Position numbers and translations under genes: made by a program. A stretch of DNA of 64,000 nucleotides from an uncultured Candidatus Saccharibacteria bacterium (GTDB lineage Bacteria; Patescibacteriota; Minisyncoccia; Phycocordibacterales; UBA2163): NCBI GenBank assembly GCA_964626705.1, contig CAZVGL010000001.1, positions 4,441-68,440 of the forward strand. Direction: 5' to 3'. Below, one piece after another: positions 9,122 through 18,500 of the stretch. Position 1 is the stretch's first letter. Each line of letters begins with the position of its first letter. A model generated the notes under the pieces. The model saw nothing but the letters and a program-made list of their open reading frames with translations, made no database searches and had not been told where the DNA came from.

Positions 9122-9163
9122 ATACAAATAGAACTATACAACATATAGCGATTATATTCAATT

Positions 9164-9880
9164 TTATATCCCCAAGATAAACCTCTCCATTGCACTATCC
9201 ATCTCATGTACACCACGACGAGTATCGTGATAAAGAGATATTAGAGAAAAAGAAAGCTTTCTAAGCTCACTTTCTGAATAATTTTTTACAAATCCTAGAG
9301 ACTTTCTAAATACAAACGGATTAAGCCCAGACTCTTTAGCGTCTTTTGTATTGAGCGATAGCAACATACTTTTAACCTGCCAAAACAGTATGCCGTGTAC
9401 TTCTTCATCAGAAACATTGTTCATCTTCGCTTTTTGATACAAGACCCAAAGATTTTTCTTATCTCTCTTCCCCAAGGCTTCTGTTAAAGAAAAGATATCA
9501 AACTTTTTCTTTTTTTCTATTTCAACACCGACAAATTCCTGAATCTTCTCGGCATATTTTTCAAATTTATTTAATTCTGTTTTGTTTAACTTTTCTTCTA
9601 AGAAAATAAAGATATTTTCAGACTTTGAAATCTCTTTCAAACTTTTTAACAAAACTTCTTTTACTTTTTTATCTAAAAACAGATTATCGAAAACTATTAT
9701 ATATTTATTTGTAAAAAGTCCTTGCCCTCCTACGAATTCGTCTAACCTACTCTCATCAAACTCTCCTGCCTCTACACGTACAAACGATGCGTCTGGTTTT
9801 TTTGCAAACATACTACCCAAAAGTGAGTGTAGTTTTTCCCTAGATTTTATTATATCTGTACCGTGGAGAAGATATATCAT
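9164..9880 (-). CDS. holA: DNA polymerase III subunit delta
   Basis: MIYLLHGTD... N-terminus typical of delta subunits. The start at 9880 forms an ATGA overlap with the polA stop; the track ORF extends to 9901. Confidence 0.65.
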   Translation of the reverse strand: MIYLLHGTDIIKSREKLHSLLGSMFAKKPDASFVRVEAGEFDESRLDEFVGGQGLFTNKYIIVFDNLFLDKKVKEVLLKSLKEISKSENIFIFLEEKLNKTELNKFEKYAEKIQEFVGVEIEKKKKFDIFSLTEALGKRDKKNLWVLYQKAKMNNVSDEEVHGILFWQVKSMLLSLNTKDAKESGLNPFVFRKSLGFVKNYSESELRKLSFSLISLYHDTRRGVHEMDSAMERFILGI

Positions 9881-12264
9881 ATTTTTTTCATCTCTCCCCA
9901 ATTATCCCCCACTGATACATCAACCAAAAGCTCTATGTCGTAAATATCTTTTGGATCTATCACTGATTCCATTATTTTTTTAATTTCTTTTGAGATCTCT
10001 TCTACTTTTTTATCTTTGATCTCATATACAAGTTCGTCATGTACCTGAAGTAAAAGCTGTGCGTCTTTTGAGAGTCCCTGCTTCTCAAGATAGCTATCGA
10101 TACGCGCCATAGCTATCTTTATAATATCTGACTGTGTACCCTGAATAGGCGCATTTATAGCCATCCTCTCTGCCATAGCCCTGACGAATGGTATATTAGA
10201 ATTAATCCCCTCAAAGTGCCGTTTTCGGCCAAAATACGTCTCTGTATAACCAAGACGCGCTGCATCTAGCTTTATTTCATGCATATAATGCGCAAGTCCT
10301 GAGAATATTTTGAAGTATTCGTTAAGATACTTTTGTGCCTCTGCACGTGTAGTCTTAAGATTCTCTTTAAGCGCACTTACACCCATGCCATATTGGATAC
10401 CAAAGTTGATAACTTTTGCTTCTCTTCTCATCTCATCATCTACCATATCTATAGGCACATCAAAAACCTCCGATGCAACTTTCGCATGAATATCTCCACC
10501 TGTCTTAAAGTTTTCTATAAGCTTCTCGTCACGAGATAAAAATGCAGCAACACGAAGTTCTATCTGAGAATAATCAAGTGCTACTAATTTATACCCCTTG
10601 CTCGCAACAAATGCATTACGAATATTCCTACCAAGCTCTGTGCGAACAGGTATGTTCTGCAAATTCGGATTCTGAGACGACATCCTTCCCGTTGTCGTAC
10701 CTGTCTGTATGAACTTAGCGTGCAAACGATTATCTTTGTCTAGAAGCTGTGGGATATTATCTATATAAGTAGACAAAAGTTTTTGCAACTCCCTATATGA
10801 AAAGATCTCACTGATGATAGGGTGCATATCCCTCATCTTTTCTAGCTCAGACTCACGAGTAGAACGAGCACCTGAGCCTGTTTTCTTTTGGTTTTTCGGC
10901 TTAAGCTCTAACTTATCAAAAAGCACGACACCTAATTGCTTCGGGGAGTTAATATTAAACTCTTCACCTGCATGTTTATAGATCTTATCCTCAAGTTTAG
11001 ATAAATTTTTATGATAATCTTTCGAAAGTTTTTTTAAATAAACAGCATCGACAACAATACCTCTTTCTTCCATCTTTTCTATCACAGGTATGATAGGTAG
11101 CTCTATATCATTTAAAACTTTTTCTAACTTTTGCTTTTTTATTTCTGTAAATATATACTTATGCGCTTCTTTAAAAGATTTAGTGTCTGCAAACTGCAAA
11201 ATATCCTCAAGTGTTGGGTTTGTAGTGTCAGAATGCAAAAGCCAAAGAGCTATACCAACCTTTTTAATATCGTCATCTGAAACTTCTTCTTTTTCAACCT
11301 CTTCTTCAGGCTCTGCTTCTTCTAAGATATTAGCTCCCCCACCAAATGCCTCTCGCACTCTCTGTGACAAAGTTCTAAACCCAAGTTCTTGAAACAATTT
11401 AAATATCCCATCAACCTCGAGTGCATCTCTCCACTTTTCCTCTGGTATCTTAAAATCTATAGGTACATCAAGACGTATTGTCGCAAGCATTTTAGAAAAC
11501 AATGCTTCTTCTTCATTTTCCTCTAAAATACCTACGATTCGTGGCTTTATACCAGCTTCTTCAAATTTCTCTTTGCTCTTTTTGAGAGCCTTGTACATCT
11601 CTTCAATAGTGCCAAACTTTTGTATTAAAATAGTTGCAGTTTTCTCGCCGATTCCTGCAATCCCAGGGATATTGTCAGACGGATCACCGCGAAGCCCTTT
11701 GTAATCTGTCAAAAGCTTTGGACCAAAACCAAATCTTTCTTCAACACCTTTTTCATCATATAGTACAACTTCTTTAATCCCTTTCTTCTGTGTGTAAACA
11801 CGCACGCGCTTGTTGTCCACGAGCTGGAGTGTATCCATATCGCCAGATGCGATAATCACATCAATATCTTTTTTACCTTTTACCTGATGTGCAATAGTGC
11901 CGAGTACGTCATCGGCTTCAAACCCAGCTTTTTCATAAATAGGAATATTAAAAACTTCAAAAATATCTCGCGAACGGTTAATTTGGGCAATAAGGTCATC
12001 GTGTGTTTTTGCACGCCCTGCTTTATAGTCTTCATAGACCTCATGCCTGTATGTCGGCTCCGGCAAGTCATAACACGCTACCAAATAGTCCGGCTTCAGA
12101 TCGTCAATGATTTTCATAAGCATTGCTGACACTCCATAGAGCGCGCCAGTGGGCTCACCCTTATCCGATGTAAAATCCGGCAATGCATGGTACGCCCTGT
12201 GCAATATCGCATGTGCATCAAGGAGTACTAACCTCTTTTTCTCACTTTTTCCACCTTTAGTCAT
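9877..12264 (-). CDS. polA: DNA polymerase I
   Basis: 795 aa. 5'-3' exonuclease N-terminal domain (LVLLDAHAILHRAYHAL...) and polymerase motifs (RREAKVINFGIQYGM, QVHDELV). Confidence 0.95.
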   Translation of the reverse strand: MTKGGKSEKKRLVLLDAHAILHRAYHALPDFTSDKGEPTGALYGVSAMLMKIIDDLKPDYLVACYDLPEPTYRHEVYEDYKAGRAKTHDDLIAQINRSRDIFEVFNIPIYEKAGFEADDVLGTIAHQVKGKKDIDVIIASGDMDTLQLVDNKRVRVYTQKKGIKEVVLYDEKGVEERFGFGPKLLTDYKGLRGDPSDNIPGIAGIGEKTATILIQKFGTIEEMYKALKKSKEKFEEAGIKPRIVGILEENEEEALFSKMLATIRLDVPIDFKIPEEKWRDALEVDGIFKLFQELGFRTLSQRVREAFGGGANILEEAEPEEEVEKEEVSDDDIKKVGIALWLLHSDTTNPTLEDILQFADTKSFKEAHKYIFTEIKKQKLEKVLNDIELPIIPVIEKMEERGIVVDAVYLKKLSKDYHKNLSKLEDKIYKHAGEEFNINSPKQLGVVLFDKLELKPKNQKKTGSGARSTRESELEKMRDMHPIISEIFSYRELQKLLSTYIDNIPQLLDKDNRLHAKFIQTGTTTGRMSSQNPNLQNIPVRTELGRNIRNAFVASKGYKLVALDYSQIELRVAAFLSRDEKLIENFKTGGDIHAKVASEVFDVPIDMVDDEMRREAKVINFGIQYGMGVSALKENLKTTRAEAQKYLNEYFKIFSGLAHYMHEIKLDAARLGYTETYFGRKRHFEGINSNIPFVRAMAERMAINAPIQGTQSDIIKIAMARIDSYLEKQGLSKDAQLLLQVHDELVYEIKDKKVEEISKEIKKIMESVIDPKDIYDIELLVDVSVGDNWGEMKKI

Positions 12265-12310
12265 ACTCCAATTTTACCATATATTTTAGTAAAAAATTTT
12301 ACAAAAAAAG

Positions 12311-12347
12311 AAGGAGCTGAAAACTAATAAATTAGTCCAGCTCCTTT
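12311..12347 (-). terminator. hairpin terminator downstream of the 12380..12805 gene
   Basis: AAGGAGCTG...CAGCTCCTT stem-loop in the intergenic region before the polA promoter. Confidence 0.5.
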
Positions 12348-12379
12348 GTATAAAACCCTTTTTAATTGGTTGTCATATC

Positions 12380-12805
12380 TTACTTCTTTGCATCTGCAAC
12401 CAAACCTTGAGCTTTTTTGAGAAGATCTGACATCTTCTTCTCAATTTCAGCCTGCATCTTCTCAAGCTCAGAAATACTCTCATCAACTTTTTTTATTCCA
12501 TTTTCGAGCATTACTTTTAATTTAGTGTTATCTGTTGTATCAGCGATACCTTGAAATTTTGCCTTTTGTAATTCAGTAGCCATGATTAGACCAACAACTT
12601 TCTGAAGTTCTTTTGACAGTTGATCCGATTCATTCTTAATTTCAAACAACTCCATCTTAAGCAAGATATTGTCTGTCAGTTGGATAAGCACACTTTCCAT
12701 AGTTTTTGACTTCTGCTCATCTTGCGCAAACGAATTAGCAGAGAAAGAAATAGTAACAACAATCAGTAATGCAACAAAGGTAGGTATAATTTTCGCAAAT
12801 TTCAT
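12380..12805 (-). CDS. secreted coiled-coil protein (signal peptide)
   Basis: 141 aa, MKFAKIIPTFVALLIVVTISFSANSFAQDE... It shares its start codon context, signal-peptide-like 5' end and about 220-bp upstream leader with the two duplicated genes upstream. Confidence 0.55.
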   Translation of the reverse strand: MKFAKIIPTFVALLIVVTISFSANSFAQDEQKSKTMESVLIQLTDNILLKMELFEIKNESDQLSKELQKVVGLIMATELQKAKFQGIADTTDNTKLKVMLENGIKKVDESISELEKMQAEIEKKMSDLLKKAQGLVADAKK

Positions 12806-13023
12806 TTTCGGTCTCCTTTCAAGAGATGAAAATTAAAAAGATAATATTTAATGTACAAAACAATACACTTGTATCGTACTTATATATTAGCATACTTATA
12901 TATGTTTGTCAAGGGTTAATTTTACCCTTACTCTAAGCTAGATTTGGATGCAAAAAAAAGGCCCGGCATATAAATATAACATGCTCGGACCCCGTCTTTC
13001 TTGAAACTGCGAACTTACTTTAA

Positions 13024-13467
13024 CTATTCGCACATATTTACTAAATCCCCTGAAGTAAACTCAACACCAGCAATCTTTACTTCATCCAGATTAATGACCG
13101 CATAATCACCATCTATTGTGGCTCCATTACTAACCATCGCAGACCTGCTTATTTCAGTAGTATCGCCGTATACTTTGACCCTTGCTTTAACAACAAACTT
13201 CATAAGTTCTGCATTAAGCGCTATTTTTGCAACCATTATTCCAAATTTTTCGCTACCATTATTTAATGCTGTAAATTGTGCAACTTTTGTACGAAGCAAT
13301 ATTTTACCATCATCACTTGATACAAATTCATAATTAAGGACGTATTCGTTTCTTACTCCAGGAACCGTATAAGCCAAAAGTCGCTTTTCTGCAAATGAAT
13401 CAGCAGAGAAAGAAGCGGTAACAACAAATAGCAACATAGCAATAACGACAAGATTTCGGATTTTCAT
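13024..13467 (-). CDS. secreted hypothetical protein, duplicate copy 1
   Basis: 147 aa, MKIRNLVVIAMLLFVVTASFSADSFAEKRL... with a signal peptide. An AGGAG ribosome-binding site precedes it (gaaaggagaccgaaaATG). Confidence 0.6.
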   Translation of the reverse strand: MKIRNLVVIAMLLFVVTASFSADSFAEKRLLAYTVPGVRNEYVLNYEFVSSDDGKILLRTKVAQFTALNNGSEKFGIMVAKIALNAELMKFVVKARVKVYGDTTEISRSAMVSNGATIDGDYAVINLDEVKIAGVEFTSGDLVNMCE

Positions 13468-13545
13468 TTTCGGTCTCCTTTCAAGAGATGAAAATTAAAA
13501 AGATAATATTTAATGTACAAAACAATACACTTGTATCGTACTTAT

Positions 13546-13574
13546 ATATTAGCATACTTATATATGTTTGTCAA
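13546..13574 (-). promoter_or_regulatory. sigma70-like promoter TTGACA-N17-TAATAT (minus strand)
   Basis: Equivalent copies lie at 12884-12912 (for the 12380 gene) and 14208-14236 (for copy 2). Each leader also carries the motif TCTAGCTTAGA just upstream of the -35 box, although that motif is absent from the diverged third leader. Confidence 0.5.
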
Positions 13575-13685
13575 GGGTTAATTTTACCCTTACTCTAAGC
13601 TAGATTTGGATGCAAAAAAAAGGCCCGGCATATAAATATAACATGCTCGGACCCCGTCTTTCTTGAAACTGCGAACTTACTTTAA

Positions 13686-14129
13686 CTATTCGCACATATT
13701 TACTAAATCCCCTGAAGTAAACTCAACACCAGCAATCTTTACTTCATCCAGATTAATGACCGCATAATCACCATCTATTGTGGCTCCATTACTAACCATC
13801 GCAGACCTGCTTATTTCAGTAGTATCGCCGTATACTTTGACCCTTGCTTTAACAACAAACTTCATAAGTTCTGCATTAAGCGCTATTTTTGCAACCATTA
13901 TTCCAAATTTTTCGCTACCATTATTTAATGCTGTAAATTGTGCAACTTTTGTACGAAGCAATATTTTACCATCATCACTTGATACAAATTCATAATTAAG
14001 GACGTATTCGTTTCTTACTCCAGGAACCGTATAAGCCAAAAGTCGCTTTTCTGCAAATGAATCAGCAGAGAAAGAAGCGGTAACAACAAATAGCAACATA
14101 GCAATAACGACAAGATTTCGGATTTTCAT
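13686..14129 (-). CDS. secreted hypothetical protein, duplicate copy 2 (100% identical)
   Basis: Identical 147-aa product; part of the tandem duplication. Confidence 0.6.
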   Translation of the reverse strand: MKIRNLVVIAMLLFVVTASFSADSFAEKRLLAYTVPGVRNEYVLNYEFVSSDDGKILLRTKVAQFTALNNGSEKFGIMVAKIALNAELMKFVVKARVKVYGDTTEISRSAMVSNGATIDGDYAVINLDEVKIAGVEFTSGDLVNMCE

Positions 14130-14240
14130 TTTCGGTCCCCTTTCAAGAGATGAAAATTAAAAAAGTAATATGTAATGTACAAAACAATACACTTGTATCG
14201 TGCTTATATATTAGCATATTTAGATGCGTTTGTCAAGTAC

Positions 14241-14699
14241 CTATTTGACTTCAATCTCTCTTGTGTTTTCGTCTATGAATTTGAAGTACATTTCTTGTTT
14301 ATCGTCTGGTAAGACATCTTTTACATTATCAGGCCACTCTATAAATATAATGTTTTTAGGGTTTTTAGAGACTTCTTCCCAACCTAAAGTCTTTAACTCT
14401 TCCCCGCTCTTAAGCCTATATGCGTCAATATGGATCAGATTATCAAAATCTTGATTCTCTAGTTTATAAATCTTTTCAATAACAAATGTCGGACTTGTAA
14501 CAGTGTTCTCTATACCAAACTCTTTTGCCACCATTTTTACAAAAGTTGTTTTACCAGAACCCAAGTCACCATGCATCGCCACCACAAAGGCTAAGCCTTT
14601 GTGAGGTTTGATGTTTTCTACAAACTCTTTTGCTATTTTTCCTGTTTCTTCTATGCTTTTAGATATCATACACACTACTTTATCATTTTTTAGACGCAA
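14241..14699 (-). CDS. tsaE: tRNA threonylcarbamoyladenosine biosynthesis protein TsaE
   Basis: P-loop GDLGSGKTTFVK and YjeE-like conservation. The real start is probably the Met at 14669. Confidence 0.85.
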   Translation of the reverse strand: MRLKNDKVVCMISKSIEETGKIAKEFVENIKPHKGLAFVVAMHGDLGSGKTTFVKMVAKEFGIENTVTSPTFVIEKIYKLENQDFDNLIHIDAYRLKSGEELKTLGWEEVSKNPKNIIFIEWPDNVKDVLPDDKQEMYFKFIDENTREIEVK

Positions 14700-14706
14700 A
14701 TAAAGG

Positions 14707-14745
14707 GGAAATCAAAATGACTTTCCCCTTTTTTTAATTACCGAA
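14707..14745. terminator. bidirectional hairpin terminator
   Basis: AGGGGAAA tcaaaatgac TTTCCCCT flanked by A- and T-runs, between the lipoprotein gene and tsaE. Confidence 0.5.
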
Positions 14746-15318
14746 ACCTCGATAGCCTGTAGTACCCCAATAACCAACATTGAAGTTACTCTCTCTATCG
14801 TATCTCCTAGACCTTCTACGTCTGCTATCTCCCCAACCCCAATCACCGCCAAGATATCTAATTCTTCTTCCAGAATATACATTTTGGAAGTAAATCATCC
14901 TTCTTCTCGATGGCCAGTATTGCCCTCTGTTAATGTTGACTTGAACATTAGCATTACCAAGAGAAAAGGTAGTTTTTCCACATCCACCATTGCAGCTACT
15001 TTTTCCGCAACTATCGCAAGATGGTGTGTATTCTACTACAGAAGATCTTGTTTCTGAAGCAGAACCATAGAAGTTACTGCTGTCCACTACTATTGGACTT
15101 ACAGCTCTTCTTTTACATCTACTCCCCCCATGCAGTCCACGCTCTCTATCACCATAATAAAGATTGTGAACCGGACAATGAAACTTGTCACTTGGACGCT
15201 TCATATAGCTTCCAAGACTAGGAGCGGTGACGGTGGAGCGCGTTGTTGCGCATCCACTAAATACTCCGATCAGGAGCATTATAGATATTATTGTCATTAT
15301 CAGTTTTTTAACTTTCAT
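14734..15318 (-). CDS. Cys-rich, Arg/Gly-rich lipoprotein
   Basis: Signal peptide with lipobox (IGVFSGC). Cys clusters and an RRRRSRRYDR tail. GC content is higher than the surroundings. Confidence 0.55.
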   Translation of the reverse strand: MKVKKLIMTIISIMLLIGVFSGCATTRSTVTAPSLGSYMKRPSDKFHCPVHNLYYGDRERGLHGGSRCKRRAVSPIVVDSSNFYGSASETRSSVVEYTPSCDSCGKSSCNGGCGKTTFSLGNANVQVNINRGQYWPSRRRMIYFQNVYSGRRIRYLGGDWGWGDSRRRRSRRYDRESNFNVGYWGTTGYRGFGN

Positions 15319-15391
15319 GACATCCTCACTTTCTCGATCTCCTGATCGAAATAATATTTTAAATTATAAAACAACTACTTTTCTTAGCCCT

Positions 15392-15419
15392 ATTGTAGCA
15401 TATACACCGTATTTGTCAA
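15392..15419 (-). promoter_or_regulatory. sigma70-like promoter TTGACA-N16-TACAAT for the lipoprotein gene
   Basis: Minus strand reads TTGACAaatacggtgtatatgcTACAAT. Confidence 0.45.
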
Positions 15420-15563
15420 GGGTTTATACCCCATCCACACATCTACCCAACATCCTTGATTTTTGCCAAAAACCACGTATTCTAAAAAGTGGAGAGAGGA
15501 GCGACTCTTTGACAAGTAAAAGGTAGTAGATTTCTTTTCTAATTTCTAACAATTTAATTTGGA

Positions 15564-16190
15564 TTGGAGGTAGTTATGAAAAACAGATTTATTATATTAA
15601 TCGCGTGTTTCGCAATGCTCTGCAGTATTGTGATTACACAATCGCAGGAAACGTTTGCCGAGAAAACGAAATCGGCAAGTCATGACGTACATTTCTTTAC
15701 ACAAGGCTCTGATGGAGCAAATGATCTGCAGTCGTTTAAGTACGACAAGAAAGAAAACGGTGTGTCACACAACAATTGGCCGGAATATGGTATCGAAGGT
15801 GAGAGCAAACAGCGAAACGTTGATGAGAGCAATGTAGCTTACGATAAGGCGATTGATCCTGGATATAAACAAGCCGCTATTGGAAGATGTCCGACCCGGG
15901 CTGAATACGGAACACTGGCCGCTATCGTCACACCCACATATTATAAAGCAGGGGTGTTGGCAATTACACAGGAACAGAAACCGATTAATGAAGGCGATGT
16001 GTTGAAGATAAGAGCAGCCATACTGAATGCAGAAATTATGGCCATGTCAAACTCAGGAGGTGCCGGTAAGTACCAGGATTTCCATGGACTCACACTGGAA
16101 AATGTTGAGCTATCAGCGAATGATCTGAAGATTAACAACAATGAAAAGTTTGCCGTAACAAAAAAAGTGAAAGTCTCAAGACAGGTTTAA
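15564..16190 (+). CDS. secreted hypothetical protein with atypical (high-GC) composition
   Basis: 208 aa with an N-terminal signal peptide and a GGAGG ribosome-binding site. Hand-counted GC is about 42-50% against roughly 33-38% for neighbouring genes. Codons ending in G or C (ccg, gcg, ctg) are frequent. Confidence 0.6.
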   Translation: MEVVMKNRFIILIACFAMLCSIVITQSQETFAEKTKSASHDVHFFTQGSDGANDLQSFKYDKKENGVSHNNWPEYGIEGESKQRNVDESNVAYDKAIDPGYKQAAIGRCPTRAEYGTLAAIVTPTYYKAGVLAITQEQKPINEGDVLKIRAAILNAEIMAMSNSGGAGKYQDFHGLTLENVELSANDLKINNNEKFAVTKKVKVSRQV

Positions 16191-16370
16191 TCAGCTTTAA
16201 TAAAAGCATGGCACACTTGTAATACAACTTGGAAACGCTTAATCGGACGCAAAGCGCCGGTAAAATTAGTACAAGTTTTATTTAGAAGGAGTAGTATAAA
16301 CAATGTTTTAGAGGAGTCGCTCCCTCTACTCTATTTTGTACATTTAGTAGAAGCATGAACACAGATAGCC

Positions 16371-16408
16371 CAACCTTTATCATAAAGGTTGGGCTATTTC
16401 TTTTTTAA
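16371..16408 (+). terminator. rho-independent terminator
   Basis: GCCCAACCTTT atcataaa GGTTGGGC followed by TTTCTTTTTT. Confidence 0.55.
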
Positions 16409-16412
16409 AAAT

Positions 16413-16475
16413 CTCTCCTCAAGGTCGCACCTATGAAGAAGGAGTTACGTATCTTCTTCATCGAGGAAAGACCTT
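16413..16475. repeat. dispersed palindromic intergenic repeat, copy R1
   Basis: ctcctcaaggtcgcacc...cgaggaaagacctt with an inner hairpin atgaagaag/cttcttcat. Confidence 0.75.
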
Positions 16476-16587
16476 AATTTATAGACGATAAAAAGCAATA
16501 CGATTGCTTTTTATTACCACACGGTTTTTATACAAAACAAATATTGTCACGATGTGGAAAAGACGCTAATATGGAAATAATAATGAC

Positions 16588-18255
16588 ATGGTCACTTTTG
16601 ATGAAACAAAAGTAGAGAAGAAGATTGCCCAACTCCACAGGAAAGAGGAGGAGGAATTAGCAGATATTCTATCAAACAAATATGGTTTGCAGTATATTGA
16701 CCTTTCTGGTGTTCCGATAAACACAGAAGCTCTTCAGCTCATCACAGAAGAAGTCTCTAAAGAAGCTGAAATGGCTATTTTTAAAAAAGTTGGCAAGAAG
16801 ATCTCCGTTGCCGTACGTTCACCAAACAATATAAAAACAAAAGAAGTGGTAAAAGAGCTTGAAGAAAAAAACTATCTTCCCACACTCTTCATGGCTTCTT
16901 CAAACAGTATTAACCGTGCTATTAAAAGATATGCTGACATCTCCTTTGCTGTTGAAACTAAAGCAGGGATGCTGGACATATCTGGAGAAGATATAAAAAA
17001 GATATTAACTTCACTAAACAGTGTTTCTGATATTAAAAACCTCATTGACGAAACATTGAAAATAAAAAAGGCTCACAGAATATCAAGAATACTTGAAGTT
17101 ATTATTGCTGGAGGTCTTGCAAAAAATGCATCTGACGTACATATAGAGCCAGAAGAAAATATAGTGCGTTTAAGATATCGTCTCGACGGTGTACTTATAA
17201 ACATTACAGATATTGATATAGAAACATATGACTTACTTTTATCAAGAATAAAACTTATATCCGGACTAAAGCTAAACCTAAAGAACACAGCACAAGACGG
17301 AAGGTTTAGTGTACAGATCGACGAAGATGATGTGGAAATAAGAACATCCATGCTTCCAGATGCATATGGTGAATCTATAGTTATGCGTATCCTAAACCCA
17401 AAGACGATATCTTTGTCGATGGAAGACTTGGGTATAGAAAAAAGGTTGTTTGATATCTTAGAAAGAGAAATATCTAAACCAAATGGCATGATACTAACAA
17501 CAGGACCAACTGGTTCTGGTAAAACAACCACACTATATGCATTCCTAAGAAGGATACAGACTCCCGAGAAAAAAATAATAACCATAGAAGACCCTATCGA
17601 GTACCATCTTCCAGGGATAGTGCAAACACAAGTAGACGATACAAATTATACATTTGGAAACGGCCTACGCTCAACTCTACGACAAGACCCTGACATCATA
17701 ATGGTGGGTGAGATACGAGATGAAGACGTAGCCTCAACTGCCATAAACGCATCCCTAACTGGTCATCTTGTATTCTCAACACTACACACAAACAATGCCG
17801 CTGGCTCATTCCCTCGCCTTATAGATCTTGGTATTAATCCTAAAGTTATAAGCTCTTCTATAAACGTAGTGCTAGCACAACGACTTGTAAGAAAGCTTTG
17901 TGAATCATGTAAAAAACAAATAGAAATAAGTGGCGACAAAAAGAAACAAATAGACAGGACTCTTGAAACTATTATTAATAAAGAAAATATTCAAGAGAAT
18001 ACTTCCATTATTTGGGAGGCCGGAGGATGTGACAAATGTAATAACACTGGATACAAAGGTAGGATCGGAGTTTTCGAAGCAGTTGTAATGGATGAAAAAG
18101 TAGAAGAGCTTGTAAAAGGTAGTGCGAGTGAAAGAGAGATATCTGAAGCTGCGATAAGCCAAGGAGTGCTTAGTATGCAACAAGACGGAGTACTGAAAGT
18201 CCTAAGAGGTGTCACGTCACTTGATGAGCTGGCGAGGGTGATAGAGCTGACCTAA
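16588..18255 (+). CDS. pilB: type IV pilus / type II secretion ATPase (PilB/GspE family)
   Basis: Walker A GPTGSGKTTTLYA, Asp box, His box and a C-terminal CxxC...CxxC motif; 555 aa. Confidence 0.9.
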   Translation: MVTFDETKVEKKIAQLHRKEEEELADILSNKYGLQYIDLSGVPINTEALQLITEEVSKEAEMAIFKKVGKKISVAVRSPNNIKTKEVVKELEEKNYLPTLFMASSNSINRAIKRYADISFAVETKAGMLDISGEDIKKILTSLNSVSDIKNLIDETLKIKKAHRISRILEVIIAGGLAKNASDVHIEPEENIVRLRYRLDGVLINITDIDIETYDLLLSRIKLISGLKLNLKNTAQDGRFSVQIDEDDVEIRTSMLPDAYGESIVMRILNPKTISLSMEDLGIEKRLFDILEREISKPNGMILTTGPTGSGKTTTLYAFLRRIQTPEKKIITIEDPIEYHLPGIVQTQVDDTNYTFGNGLRSTLRQDPDIIMVGEIRDEDVASTAINASLTGHLVFSTLHTNNAAGSFPRLIDLGINPKVISSSINVVLAQRLVRKLCESCKKQIEISGDKKKQIDRTLETIINKENIQENTSIIWEAGGCDKCNNTGYKGRIGVFEAVVMDEKVEELVKGSASEREISEAAISQGVLSMQQDGVLKVLRGVTSLDELARVIELT

Positions 18256-18274
18256 AGTTCTTTAAAATAAAAAG

Positions 18275-18320
18275 CTTCCAAGGGTAGCCCTTATAATTTA
18301 AAAAGGGCTACCCTTGGAAT
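18275..18320. other. long perfect hairpin (18-bp stem) after pilB
   Basis: cttccaagggtagccctt...agggctacccttggaat. There is no clear T-run on the plus strand. Confidence 0.4.
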
Positions 18321-18338
18321 CAATCAATATATCGAAAT

Positions 18339-18472
18339 CATGAATCTCTAAGCAATCTTTTAATGCAAGACTAAAAGTGAGCATCCTCCCTAAGGAGAGC
18401 CCGAGCAAGTCCAACCAGTGGTTGGAACCAAGGCATCCTCGAGAGGTGCGTCGGTTTGCTTAGAGATTCATG
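18339..18472. repeat. 134-bp GC-rich element bounded by perfect 17-bp terminal inverted repeats (MITE-like or structured RNA)
   Basis: catgaatctctaagcaa ... ttgcttagagattcatg. The interior is about 55% GC with nested palindromes (ccaaccagtggttgg; gcatcctc appears twice). Confidence 0.45.
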
Positions 18473-18500
18473 CTCTCGAAACAAAAAGCGGAGGAACTAA

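Larger units (their letters stand above)
12803..14126. repeat. tandem direct duplication of a 662-bp unit (upstream leader plus 147-aa secreted-protein gene), two copies
   Basis: 12803-13464 and 13465-14126 are identical except for one extra A in a poly-A run. A diverged partial third copy of the leader lies at about 14127-14240. Confidence 0.95.

Noticed and set aside
15495-16325. 13/14-bp inverted repeat flanking the GC-rich secreted gene as definite terminal inverted repeats of a mobile cassette
   Set aside because: The exact core is only 10 bp. Random 10-bp inverted pairs are expected many times in 64 kb, so this is reported only as supporting context for the compositional anomaly.
18339-18472. 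GC-rich element as SRP RNA, RNase P RNA or tmRNA
   Set aside because: None of the hallmark motifs are present: no SRP domain IV GGAA loop with flanking AGCAGCC, no RNase P P4 or GNRA modules, and no tmRNA tag reading frame. Kept only as an unclassified structured element.
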